Shown: piece by piece, positions 8,949 through 19,519 of the stretch
Numbering within the stretch: the stretch's first letter is position 1
How the letters are laid out: the number at the start of each line of letters is the position of its first letter
Source: an uncultured bacterium
GTDB taxonomy: Bacteria > Planctomycetota > UBA1135 > GCA-002686595
Assembly (NCBI GenBank): GCA_943787795.1
Contig: CALSNU010000001.1
Span: 768,001-832,000, forward strand
DNA length: 64,000 bases
Reading direction: 5' to 3'
Translations under genes and position numbers: made by a program
The notes under the pieces: generated by a model
Database searches by the model: none
Told to the model about the DNA's origin: nothing
The model's input: only the letters and a program-made list of their open reading frames with translations

Positions 8949-10100
8949 ATGAACCGCGGAGACGCTCGAGTCGAGCCGGGGGGTACCCTCGGCGTCCTTG
9001 GTGGCGGCCAGCTGGGGCGGATGTTCGGCATCGCGGCCCGCCAGATGGGCTACCGCTTTGCGGTCTACTCCGATGACCTGGGCGGCCCGGCGTCCCAGAT
9101 CGCGGACATGGCTGTTCAGGGCGCCTATGACGACGAGGAGGCGGTCGCCGCGTTCGCCCGTGGGGTCGACGCCGTCAGCTTCGAGTTCGAGAACGTCCCG
9201 GCGGTCGCAGGCGAGGCCGCGGCGAGGCACACCCTCGTGCGTCCCGATGGGTCGTTGCTCCACACGGTGCAGGACCGAACCCGAGAGAAGCGCGGCCTGG
9301 TATCCCTCGGCCTGCCGGTGGCCCCGTTCCACGCCATCGCGAGCGCCGCGGACCTCGAGGCTGCGAGGGAGCGGATCCCGGGCGCGGGTGTCCTGAAGAC
9401 GTCGAGCTTCGGATATGACGGCAAGGGCCAGGCTCGGGTCGGGGACGGGGCGGAGCTCGCGGCGGCCTGGAGCCAGCTGGGGGAGGTGCCCTGCGTCCTG
9501 GAGGAGCTCGTGCCCTTTGAGGAGGAGGTCTCTGTCATCGTCGCGCGGGGCGTGGGCGGCGACGTCGCGATCTTTGAGCCGTTCGCCAACGAGCACACCA
9601 ACCACATCCTTGACGTCACGGTCTGTCCAGCGGCCCTCGAGCCTTCGGTGGCCCAGGAGGTCGAGCGGATCGCTCGCGCCGTCGTGGAGGGCTTCGATGT
9701 GATCGGCGTCGTGTGCGTGGAGCTCTTCAGGCTCGGGGACGGGACGATCCTGGTGAACGAGATCGCGCCGCGACCGCACAACTCGGGTCACCTGACCATC
9801 GACGCCCACAGCTGCTCGCAGTTCGAGCAGCAGGTCCGCGCGGTGGCAGGGTTGCCCCTGGGGTCCAGCGAGCGCGTCGGACCGCCTGCCGCGATGTCGA
9901 ACCTGTTGGGGGACCTGTGGTCGAACGGGACCCCGGACTTCGCCGCGGCGCTGGCCGTCCCGGAGGTCTCGCTCCACCTCTACGGCAAGGCCGAGCCGCG
10001 GCCCGGCCGAAAGATGGGCCACATCACGGCCACAGCGCCCACGGTCGAGCAGGCCGCGGTCCGGGTCCGGGCTGCCCGCGCAGCCCTGACCGGGGAGTGA
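8949..10100 (+). CDS. purK: N5-CAIR synthase (ATP-grasp)
   Basis: GGGQLGRM, FEFENVP, GYDGKGQ, NEIAPRPHNSGH and RKMGH; directly follows purE. Confidence 0.97.
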   Translation: MNRGDARVEPGGTLGVLGGGQLGRMFGIAARQMGYRFAVYSDDLGGPASQIADMAVQGAYDDEEAVAAFARGVDAVSFEFENVPAVAGEAAARHTLVRPDGSLLHTVQDRTREKRGLVSLGLPVAPFHAIASAADLEAARERIPGAGVLKTSSFGYDGKGQARVGDGAELAAAWSQLGEVPCVLEELVPFEEEVSVIVARGVGGDVAIFEPFANEHTNHILDVTVCPAALEPSVAQEVERIARAVVEGFDVIGVVCVELFRLGDGTILVNEIAPRPHNSGHLTIDAHSCSQFEQQVRAVAGLPLGSSERVGPPAAMSNLLGDLWSNGTPDFAAALAVPEVSLHLYGKAEPRPGRKMGHITATAPTVEQAAVRVRAARAALTGE

Positions 10101-10177
10101 GCCGGGGACCTCGTGGAATCGAGGGTGTGCCCCCTTCCGCGCAGGCGTGGGGGCTGGGGATTGGCTAGGCTGCGCCC

Positions 10178-11749
10178 ATGAGTTTCCACTGGAAGGTCCT
10201 CCTCTGGATGGCGGCCGGCGCTCTCGTCGGCCTCCTGATGCAGACGTTTCTCCCCGCTCCGGCGTACTCCGGTGTAACCGTCGCGGGGGTCGACGGCGGC
10301 GTGGCGGTCACCGCGGTCGCCAGCGGCAGTCCCGGCGCCAAGGCGGGCCTGACGCTCGGGAGCGAATTCGAGGCGGCCGTGGTCTCCAGGGGCTCGGAGG
10401 ACGAGCGTCGCATCGAGCTGGCGAGCGCGACCGATCTGGACGAGGGCGTCGTCAAGGAGCTCTCGAACGGCGAGGTCGTGTGGCTGGTGCCGTCGGGTAA
10501 TGCTGCGACCGCTGCGGCGGGGGACGTGGACGTCATGGGAGGCGCGGTGGCGCTGACGGTGGCCTTCGCGCCGGACAGTCCCCGTGCCAGGGCAGTGGCC
10601 CCGTTCTCCTTCGCCGCGGACATCTTCCTCGCGCTGCTGAAGATGTTGATCGTGCCGATTGTGCTGACGTCGATCATCACCGGGGTGGCGAGCGTTGGCT
10701 CCATGGGCGACCTCAAGCGGCTCGGCGGGAAGACCTTCGCTTACTACGTCGCCACCAGCATGTTGGCGATCATCGTCGGCCAGCTGCTGGTGAACATCAT
10801 CAGGCCCGGGGACGGCGCGACGCTCGGGCTGTCCCCCCTGACGGCGGCGGGGGCGAGCCCGGACGCCAGCTTTATCGAGGTCATCAAGCGGATGATCCCG
10901 AGCAACATCGCCGCGTCGCTGACCGACAACGGCGCGATGCTCTCCATCATCTTCTTCGCGCTGATCTTCGGGTTCTTCATCACCCAGACCGCCGAGCCGC
11001 ACCAGTCGCGGGTCAAGGAGCTGTTCGAGAGCCTCCTCGAGGTGGTCATGACCATGGCGGAGGGGATCCTCAAGCTCCTGCCCTACGGCGTCTTCGCGCT
11101 GCTGGTCAAGGTCGTGGCGAGCACCGGCTTCGCGCCCTTCAAGGCGCTGCTGCTGTACATGATCACCGTCGCCCTGGCGCTGGTGATCCACGCCACGGTG
11201 ACCCTTCCGATCCTGCTACGGTCGATCGGCAAGATCCGCCCGATGGACTGGTTCCGTGCCATGTCGCCGGCGCTGATGACGGCCTTCAGCACCTCGTCGT
11301 CCTCGATGACCTTGCCTGTGACCCTGAGGACCGTCGAGGAGCGCGGCCGGGTCAGCAACCGCGTGACCTCCTTCACGCTGCCGCTTGGAGCGACCATCAA
11401 CATGGACGGCACGGCCCTCTACGAGTGCATCGGGGTCATCTTCCTGGCCCAGTACTACGCGGCAGTTGGAGACTTCGAGCTCACCATGGGCGCCCAGGCG
11501 CTCGTGGTGGTGCTGGCGCTGCTCGCCAGCGTCGGCGCAGCGGGAATTCCCTCTGCGGGGCTCGTGATGATGCTCACGATTCTCTCGGCCCTGGAGCTGC
11601 CGCTCGAGGGGGCGGCGCTGCTCCTCGCGGTGGACCGCCCTCTGGATATGATGCGGACCGTCGTCAACGTGTGGTCGGACTCCTGCGCCGCCGCGGTGGT
11701 CGCGCGCAGCGAGGGAGAGGAAGGTCCGCTGGCTCCCGCCACGGCCTGA
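10178..11749 (+). CDS. Dicarboxylate/amino acid:cation symporter (DAACS, GltP/SstT family) with a PDZ-like insertion
   Basis: LLKMLIVPIV, AFSTSSSSMTLP, LGATINMDGTALY, GAAGIP and AVDRPLDMMRTVVNV. About 110 extra residues follow TM1. Confidence 0.92.
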   Translation: MSFHWKVLLWMAAGALVGLLMQTFLPAPAYSGVTVAGVDGGVAVTAVASGSPGAKAGLTLGSEFEAAVVSRGSEDERRIELASATDLDEGVVKELSNGEVVWLVPSGNAATAAAGDVDVMGGAVALTVAFAPDSPRARAVAPFSFAADIFLALLKMLIVPIVLTSIITGVASVGSMGDLKRLGGKTFAYYVATSMLAIIVGQLLVNIIRPGDGATLGLSPLTAAGASPDASFIEVIKRMIPSNIAASLTDNGAMLSIIFFALIFGFFITQTAEPHQSRVKELFESLLEVVMTMAEGILKLLPYGVFALLVKVVASTGFAPFKALLLYMITVALALVIHATVTLPILLRSIGKIRPMDWFRAMSPALMTAFSTSSSSMTLPVTLRTVEERGRVSNRVTSFTLPLGATINMDGTALYECIGVIFLAQYYAAVGDFELTMGAQALVVVLALLASVGAAGIPSAGLVMMLTILSALELPLEGAALLLAVDRPLDMMRTVVNVWSDSCAAAVVARSEGEEGPLAPATA

Positions 11750-11788
11750 CCCGGTTAGACTGTCCGCCCGAACCTGTCGATACCAGCT

Positions 11789-12805
11789 ATGAACACCGGC
11801 TCACTCAACGAACGAATCACGCGCGCTCTCGCCTTCATGCTCCGTCACCAGCCGGAGGAGTTCGACCTCGAACTCGACCGCTTCGGCTGGGGGGACCTCG
11901 AGGACGTGGTCTACGCTCTTCAGGAGCGTACGGGCTCCACGGTGGAGGAGGAGGACGTGGCCGAGGCCATCGAGTCCAGCGATCGACCGCGGTACGAGAT
12001 CAAGGACGGCAAGATCCGCGCCCTGTACGGGCACTCGATCCAGATCGACCCCGGTGAGGCCACCGAGCCGCCGGACGAGCTCTTCATCGGCGTCGGGAGT
12101 CGTGACGCCTCCCGGGCCGAGGACAGCGGCCTGCGGAGCGGCCGACGCGCGTTCCTTCACCTCGCTCGAACCGAGGAGGAGGCGAGGGAGTCGGGGCGCC
12201 GTATCGCCCGCGACTACGCCGTGGTGACGGTCTTCGCCGGCGAGGCTTTCGACGAGGGCACCGAGTTCTATGACCGCGGCGCCCTCTTCCTGGCGGACGA
12301 GATCCCCGGTGAGTTCCTCGAGGTCGGCGAGATTCAGCATGACGGCATCGAGCGCGACGAGAACCGACGTTCGCGCGGCCGCCGCAACGCGGACGGTCCC
12401 CGTGGATCACGCCGCGGCCGAGGTCGCGGGCGCGGTCGAGGTGGACGTGATGACGAGCGGTCGTCGAACTCGGACCGTGACCGGGACCGCAGCGAGCCTC
12501 GTCGCGACCGCGAGGAGCCCCGCCGCGAGGAGCCCCGCCGCGAGGAGCGAGCGCCTCGCGAGGCGGAGGCTGCGCCTGCGGAGTCCGGCTCATTCGGAGT
12601 CGGTCTCGCCGGAGCCGCGGCCCGGCGCGCCGAGGACACGGAGCGATCCAAGCCGGAGCCGAGGAAGGCCCAGGACCAACCGAAGACTGAGCCGAAGACT
12701 GAGCCGAAGACTGAACCGAAGGCCGAGCGTAAGCCTGAGCCTCGCAAGCAGGATCGTGAAGAGGAGCCGGGGTCGGCCCCCTCTGGATTCGGCGCGGGAC
12801 TGTAA
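11789..12805 (+). CDS. kptA: RNA 2'-phosphotransferase (Tpt1/KptA family) with a long disordered C-terminal tail
   Basis: LAFMLRHQP, LDRFGW, RPRYE, IRALYGHS and GLRSGRRAFLHL; C-terminal ~150 aa rich in R/G/E/P. Confidence 0.82.
   Translation: MNTGSLNERITRALAFMLRHQPEEFDLELDRFGWGDLEDVVYALQERTGSTVEEEDVAEAIESSDRPRYEIKDGKIRALYGHSIQIDPGEATEPPDELFIGVGSRDASRAEDSGLRSGRRAFLHLARTEEEARESGRRIARDYAVVTVFAGEAFDEGTEFYDRGALFLADEIPGEFLEVGEIQHDGIERDENRRSRGRRNADGPRGSRRGRGRGRGRGGRDDERSSNSDRDRDRSEPRRDREEPRREEPRREERAPREAEAAPAESGSFGVGLAGAAARRAEDTERSKPEPRKAQDQPKTEPKTEPKTEPKAERKPEPRKQDREEEPGSAPSGFGAGL
12680..12721 (+). repeat. 12-bp coding tandem repeat (PKTE x3.5) in the KptA tail
   Basis: ccgaagactgag ccgaagactgag ccgaagactgaa ccgaag. 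Confidence 0.85.
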
Positions 12806-12816
12806 TTCCCCGCACC

Positions 12817-13761
12817 ATGGGGCTCGCCCAGCGCCTCCCCGCGCTCCCCGACGGCTTCAAGGTCGTCGAGGGAGAGCGTGGGGTGATCGCCTGTCGCGCG
12901 GCTCAGCTCGAGGCGCTCCTCGCCGCCGGGTTCTCGCCGGACGGCCGTCACCGGGCCCGCGGGGCTTCGGAGATGGAGGACGCGGCCGAGGCCGGTCGGG
13001 AGCCCCTCGGCAAGCTCGAGGTCGGCGGCGTTCCCTGCCTCGCGCGCCGCTTCAGCCACGGTGGTCTTGCCAGGGCTATCACGGGTCGCAGGTTCAGGGA
13101 CCCGTCGCGCCCCTTCAACGAGCTGATCCTCTCCGAGGCGCTCCGTGAAGCCGGAGTACCGACCCCGCGGGTGCTGGCGGCGCGCGCGGTCCCGGTCTTT
13201 CCCTTCGGCTACGAGCTGACCCTCGTCACGGAGCGTCTTGGGGGGACGCTCGACCTGGGGCACCTCCTCGGCGCGGTGCGTCGGGGGGAGCGGGGCGCAG
13301 GCGATCTCCGGCGCGCGCTGGACTCCGCGGGCGCCCTGGTGCAACTCGTCCACGACGCGGGGTGCCTGCACGCGGACCTGCAGCCAGCGAATATCCTCCT
13401 CCATGAAGGGTGTTGGGCAGAGGCCTGGATCCTCGATCTCGATCGCTCCCGGATCCAAGGCGCCGGAGGCCTCCCCGAGGCCGCGCGAATTCGAAACCTC
13501 GCCCGTCTCTGGAGGCACGTGGCGCGCCGCGAACGCGACCACGGCCCCGTGGTCGGCGCCGGAGGTGCGCTTCGCTTCCTGCGGGCGTACGGCGTTGGGT
13601 CTTCGGATCTTCGGCGCTGGCTCGATGAGATCCGGGAGGGAGCGCGCGAGGGGGGGCTATTGCACGGGGCCGGGTGGTGGCTCGAGCGCACCTTCGGTCG
13701 CTCGGTGGATGCCCGGGCCGCCGCCAGTAGCCGTCAGCCGCCCATGACGCCACGGGGGTAG
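12817..13761 (+). CDS. Lipopolysaccharide kinase, Kdo/WaaP/InaA family (KdkA-like)
   Basis: RRFSHGGL, SRPFNEL, GVPTP, HADLQPANIL, ILDLDRS and NLARL.R. Confidence 0.8.
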   Translation: MGLAQRLPALPDGFKVVEGERGVIACRAAQLEALLAAGFSPDGRHRARGASEMEDAAEAGREPLGKLEVGGVPCLARRFSHGGLARAITGRRFRDPSRPFNELILSEALREAGVPTPRVLAARAVPVFPFGYELTLVTERLGGTLDLGHLLGAVRRGERGAGDLRRALDSAGALVQLVHDAGCLHADLQPANILLHEGCWAEAWILDLDRSRIQGAGGLPEAARIRNLARLWRHVARRERDHGPVVGAGGALRFLRAYGVGSSDLRRWLDEIREGAREGGLLHGAGWWLERTFGRSVDARAAASSRQPPMTPRG

Positions 13762-16700
13762 AGCGGCCCGTCGGCGGAGAGCGCGCTCTCAAGCAGCGCG
13801 CGGGTCCAGCGCAGGTGGCGCCGCCGCTTGAGCCTTGAGCTGAGACGCTCGTTGTCGTCCTGGATCCGACGTTCGATGCTCCGGCGCACCCGAATCGCGA
13901 GCCTGGTCTTCCCGCGCTCCGTCAGCGCGAGCGAGAGGGTCGCGCTGATGACGATACGATCGGGGAGCTCGGCGCCGTGCTCGTCGGTCAATCGCTGGGC
14001 TTGCTGCGCGAAGCGTAGGGCTTCCCTCCGGTCGCCGCTCTCGCGGGCGAGGCGAGCCTCCACGGCCAGGGTCAGCGCGAGGTGTCGCTGGAGCCCGAGC
14101 GCGGTCGAGAGGCGGTGGGCGCGGCGGACCAGATCGGCGGCGCCGGCGAGCCCCTGCTCCCCGATGAGGATGCCCAGGAAGAGCGAGACGGTGGCCTCTC
14201 CCCGGCGGTCCTCGGTGCGTCGAGCCGCGAAGAGGGCGTCCCGCAGCATGAGCTCGGCCTCCCGCTCTCGCCCCACGTCGGCCAGTAGCCGCCCGTGCCT
14301 GGCGGCGACCTCCACCTCGATCCGCCCCTCGCCACCCCGGAGGGCGAGCTCGCCGGCTCTCTCGAATGCACGGTCGGCCATCCGCTGGCGACCGATGAGT
14401 CGCCATGCGCGGCCTGCGATCAGGCTCGACTCTGCCCTCGCGGCCGTCGCGCCCAGGCTCCGCTCGTTGCGCCGCAGGGAGCGCCGCAGGCGCGTGAGGG
14501 TGACAAGGGCGGCTTCGGGGTCGCCCCCGTGGATGAGGATCAAGGCGTCGAGGAGTTCGGCGTGGGCGCTCGCAACGGGGTCGGGGGCGAGGTCCGCGGC
14601 CTCCTTGGCGCGCCGTCTGGCCTCGGCCAGATCCCCGTGCTCCAGGGCGATTCGCCCGGACAGTCGAGCGATCTCCGAGCGGTCGGCGGCGAGCTGTTGC
14701 CCGCGCACCCCCGCCGCTCTGGGCGGCACGGGTGGCGAGGGCTTCGGCGTTGCGCAAGAGGCCTCGAGCCAGCCCGAACTCTCCGCCGCCGATGGAGAAG
14801 CGCGCGTGCAGGAGGTACACGCGCGCTCCCTCCGCGGGCCGCCGCTCGAGGTCCAGCTCGAGCTCCCCGAGCCCCTCCAGCGCTGCGCGCTGCTCGGCCC
14901 TCTCCCCGAGCCGATCCGCCGCCCCCGCGAGCGCCTCCAGGAAGATCCGTCGTGGGCCGGCGAGGTCTCCCGTGGCGTCGAGGGCCTCGAGGCCCCACCC
15001 CGCCAGCGTGGCGAGGCGGTGGGGGTGACCCGCGCTGGCGAGGCGCTTCAGCATGCCGGGCAGGATCGAGAGGAGCTCCCCGAGGGCCTCACCTTCCCGC
15101 AGGTGGAAGGCGCGGCGGAAGCTCGGTCGCAGGCCGCGCCGTACCTCGAGCTGGCTCAGCGCGCGCGCCACCGCGAGGTGGCCGCGGCGCCGGCGGCCGG
15201 GCGATATCTTCGCGAGGATCTCCTCTCGCTCGATCGGCTCGGCGAAGCGATAGCGTCCTCCAGAGGGCACGATCCATCCGGTGCGTACGAGGTGGCTGAA
15301 GGCGGCCTCGAGGGTGCCGATGGGGACCCCGGCCCAAGCGTGCGAGACCACGGTGGACTCGAAGCGGCTGCCGACGATCGCCAGGCGTTCGAGCCAGATC
15401 CGGGAGCGGCCTTCGAGGGTCGAGAGCCGCTCATCCACCGCCTCAAGGATCCCCTTGGGTCGCGGGAGGTCGTCGGGCGAGATCAGGAGTTCGAGCCCTC
15501 GATCCTGGCCAGCGATGGGGCGGGCCCAGCCCCGCTCTTCCATCAAGCGCAGGACCTCCTCGATGCTCCCTGGGACTCCGCCGGTCCGTTCATGAAGGGC
15601 GCGCGCGAGCCGAAGCCTGGGGACCGAGTGGTGGAAGGTGTGCTCGACGATCCGGAGGACCGCTTCCTCGCTGATCGGCTCCAGCGGGATCGGGACCGTG
15701 AACGGCTGCATGCGCCGCCGCAGTTCGGCGAGCCCTGCCGCCCTCCGGAATCCGGCCCGTTGCCGCTCGCCAAGGACCAGCAGCAGGCGCGTCTCCTGCA
15801 GGCCCCGGGCCACTCGCATGAGCGCGTCGAGGGTCGTGGTGCCGGCGAAGTTGATGTCGTCCAGGAAGAGGATGGTCGGGCGGGACTTCCCCAGCGCCAG
15901 CATCCACTCGCCGAGGGCTGCCGCCTCGGTCACCTCTTGATCCTGCGGCGTGCGCGCGCCCGGGTCGAGGGCGTTGATGAGGGTGCGGGCGATGGGGGGC
16001 GTCACCGCGGCCTCCAACAGGGCCCTGGATCGCGCTCCGGGGGCGACGTCTTGGGGGAGATGAAGCCAGCGCCGAACCAGGGTCAGGAGCGTGGCGCCGG
16101 GGCGCTCCTCGGTCACCCGCTCGCAGCGCCCATAGATGTAGATCGGCGGGGACTCGGAGCGTCGCCGGATGAGGTGCACGAACTCCGTCACCAGCCGGGA
16201 CTTGCCCATGCCGCGCTCCCCGCGCAGGAGCGCCACGGCGCCACCATCGCAGGCCTGACTCCACGCTCCAGAGAGCAAGTCGAGCTCCATCCGGCGGCCT
16301 GCGAGTGGGAGGTCGTGACGGCCAGCCCAGGGGGTCCCCTCCGCCCGGTCGCCGGCCCCCTCCGAGAGGCGGGCCCGCCACCAGGGCGAGGCCTCGCCGT
16401 CCTCGAGCACGCGGGCGACGGTCGCGCAGGTCGGGCGGTCCGCGGGTCGCGGCGCAAGGGACGCGAGCACGATCGCGTCGAGCAGCGGGGACAGCCTCGG
16501 GACCACGTTCGAGGGCGGAGAGACCCTGCCCGATCGAAGGCGCTTGAGGTCGGGAGGGACACCACAGGCCGGGGAGCCCACGGCGATCTCGAAGAGGAGC
16601 GCGCCGAGGGCGAAGGTGTCCGCTGTCGCGGCTGCAGCGGAGCCGCGTGCGCGCTCAGGCGCGACAAAGCGGGGCGTGCCGAGGGCCGCCTCCGCCGCGC

Positions 16701-17358
16701 CCTCGCGCTCGGCGTGACCGAGGTCCACGAGGCTGGCGCGGCCCGCTCGGTCCAGCCGGACGTTGTCTGGCTTGACGTCGCCGTGGACCCAGCCTGCCTG
16801 GTGAAGCGCGGCAAGGGCCGCGGCCAGCCGGGCGCCGATCGCCCGCACCGTGGGTTCAGGGAGGGCACCGGCGACCTCGAGCTCTTCGGACAGTGAGACG
16901 CCGGGGATGAAGTCCTGGAGCAGCCACGGGCGCTTGGCCCCGGCGTCGGAAGCCGCGTCGGAAGCCGCGCCGGAAGCCGAGTTGGACGGGGCGCCAGACG
17001 GGGTGGCAGACGGGGTGGCTTCTGGCGGCGCCACGCCGTCGGCGAGGGGAGGGGTCGGCTCCGTCTCCTCGAGCAGGTAAGTCCGGGCGACCGCGGCATG
17101 GGCGAAGGTGGCCGAGGCGCGTACCTCGCGGCGCAAGGTGCCGAGGGCGTCCGGGTCCCCGGCGAGCTCCGGCCGCAGGATCTTGACCGCGACGTCCGCT
17201 CCCGCGGCAAAAGGACCCCAGGCCCGGATCGCCCGAGCGCGCCAGACCCGGCTGGTGTTTCCCAGCCCATGCAGCTCCAGCAACTCCAGGTCGGGGGTGC
17301 CTGACGAACCGTGCTCGCCGGATTCCTGGCGATCGTGAGCTGGACTGGGCGAGGTCAT
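13734..17358 (-). CDS. Ser/Thr protein kinase - P-loop (STAND-like AAA) ATPase - TPR-like protein; frameshifted near 14710
   Basis: VAVK, HGDVKPDN, DLG, GTPRFVAPE; Walker A GERGMGKS, Walker B LFLDD; helical repeats. Removing one base from the run at 14708-14712 joins ORFs 13789..17484 and 13734..14729 into 1207 aa from the ATG at 17358. Confidence 0.8.
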
Positions 17359-17472
17359 CTGGGCGCCGAACCGGTACCTTGTGCGTCCGCGGGGGGTGCT
17401 CCATCCATGGGGCCTGGGCCCGGAGACGCTCCCGGGCCCCGAGTCTACGAAGCCCCGCTTGCTCCACGACCC

Positions 17473-18898
17473 TTGACCTTCCACGTCTACAACTCACTCA
17501 CCCGATCCAAGGCGCCGTTCTCGACCATCGAGGAGGGTGTGGTCCGCATGTACAACTGCGGGCCGACGGTCTATGGCCGTCCGCACATCGGAAATTATCG
17601 GAGCTTTCTCTTCGCGGACATCCTGCGTCGGTGGCTCGAGTACCTCGGCTATGACGTCCAGCAGGTGATGAACATCACCGACGTCGGGCACCTCACCGAC
17701 GATACGGAAGCCGACTCCTCCGGCGAGGACAAGGTCGAGGCCCGCGCGCGGGCTGAGAAGAAGGATCCGTTCGAGATCACCCGCGAGTACACCGCCATGT
17801 TCCTCGAGGACATGGCCGCGCTCGGGGTCAAGGAGCCGATGGCTCGTCCGCGCGCCACGGAGTACATCGATGAGATGGTCGAGATGGTGGAGGCCCTGAT
17901 CGAGAAGGGGCACGCATACAGGGTCGACGACAACGTCTACTTCGACGTCACGAGCTTCTCCGAGTACGGCCGCCTGTCGGGGAATCGGGTGGATGACCTC
18001 GAGGCTGGAAAGCGCGTGGAGGTCAATGAGGACAAGCGGCACCCCGCGGACTTCGCGCTCTGGAAGAGCGACCCCCGCTCACCTGATGAAGTGGGAGACG
18101 GTCTTCGGGTCGGACGGGTTCCCCGGGTGGCATATCGAGTGCTCGGCCATGGCCAAGGCGCTCCTCGGTGAGCAGATTGACATCCACACGGGTGGTGAAG
18201 ACAACGTCTTCCCACACCACGAGTGTGAGATCGCTCAGAGCGCATGCGCCAACGGCGTGCCGTTGGCTGAGGTCTGGATGCACGCCAAGTTCCTGCAGGT
18301 GGACGGCGGCAAGATGAGCAAGAGCCTCGGCAACGTCTACACCCTGCCGGACGTGGTGGCGCGCGGGTTCGAGCCACGCCACCTGCGCTTTGCGCTGGTC
18401 CGGGGTCACTACCGAACCCAGATCAACTTCACATGGGCGATCATGGACGAGATCCGGGCTCGGCTGGAGAACCTCGATGAGATCGCCGTCCTGCTGCACC
18501 GGATCCTCGACGGTGGGGCGGCCGCCAGGGACGGCGCTGGACGCGAGACCCTGACCGCCGCCATCACGGGCTTTGAGGCTGGTATGAACGACGACCTCAA
18601 CATGCCGGTGGCGCTCGCCGCGCTGGAGGGGCTGCGCAAGCCGCTCCTGGAGGTGGCCATCGGCGCGGATGTGGCGCGGGATGCCATGCAGTGGCTGGAG
18701 CGCGCCAACTCGGTCCTGGGCTTCGTCGAGACCGGGGCGCAGAGCGCAGACGAGGAGGTCGAGGCCCTCATCGAGGCCAGGACCGCGGCCAAGGCTGCCA
18801 AGGACTGGCCGGCTGCCGACGCGGCCCGAGACGCCCTGACCGCGCTCGGCATCGAGATCCAGGACACCCCCGAAGGGCTCGTCTGGCGGCGCCGCTGA
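17473..18898 (+). CDS. cysS: Cysteine--tRNA ligase; +1 frameshift near 18074, probably a sequencing error
   Basis: [26 protein letters not shown] | [19 protein letters not shown] and KMSKS. Deleting one C of 18072-18076 restores WKSDPAHLMKW. TTG start at 17473 inferred. Confidence 0.95.
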
Positions 18899-19012
18899 AG
18901 CTCCGCCGAGTCTTCGCTGAGCGCAGCGGGAGAGCGGGCGTGGGGGCTCAGTCTTCCCCTGGGGGAGCATCATCCTCGCCCGGCACGGCCGCGGCGTTGG
19001 TGATGGGGCGGG

Positions 19013-19417
19013 CTAGCTCGCGGGGCCGTCGGACCCCTCGCTCGGCTCCTCTTGGCCTCGGATCTGCCGGTCCTTCCTGAGCGCCTGGGTGATCATGTCG
19101 TCCATCTGCTCGGCGTCGGACGCGGTGGTATCGGCGAGGAAACGGAGCTGAGGGATCGACCTCGTCTCGAGCACGCGGCCCACCTGCTTGCGGATGAAGC
19201 CTGTGGCATGCTCGAGCATCTGTGACGCCTGGGACCGCTCGGAGCTGCTCCCGAGGACGGAGTAGAAGAGCTTCGCCACGGACAAGTCCGAGTTGAGCTC
19301 CACGCGGACGATCGTGATGAACTGCGCTCGAGGATCAGAGATCTCGTGCTGGAGACAGTGCGCGGCACGGCGCTGAATCGCAGCCTCGATACGGGCAATA
19401 GTACGCGGGTTCGCCAT
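19013..19417 (-). CDS. rbfA: 30S ribosome-binding factor A
   Basis: ISDPR, ITIVRVELNSDLSVAK, GFIRKQVG and IPQLRF..D; downstream of infB. Confidence 0.92.
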   Translation of the reverse strand: MANPRTIARIEAAIQRRAAHCLQHEISDPRAQFITIVRVELNSDLSVAKLFYSVLGSSSERSQASQMLEHATGFIRKQVGRVLETRSIPQLRFLADTTASDAEQMDDMITQALRKDRQIRGQEEPSEGSDGPAS

Positions 19418-19459
19418 GGTTCCTTTTCCTCGGGCAGCCCGGTGACGGGCCTCACGAAA

Positions 19460-19484
19460 GGCGGGGCACCGGAGGTGCCCCGCC
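19460..19484 (-). terminator. GC-rich hairpin between infB and rbfA, terminator-like with a short U tract
   Basis: Perfect 11-bp inverted repeat GGCGGGGCACC-GGA-GGTGCCCCGCC, followed by TTTC on the minus strand. Confidence 0.55.
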
Positions 19485-19519
19485 CGGGTCGAGCGCCGCG
19501 CGGCCGCGGCGTCGTTCGA

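Noticed and set aside
17473..18898. cysS as a pseudogene or programmed frameshift
   Set aside because: All motifs are intact, there is no typical slippery heptamer, and the same +1 homopolymer pattern recurs in unrelated genes.
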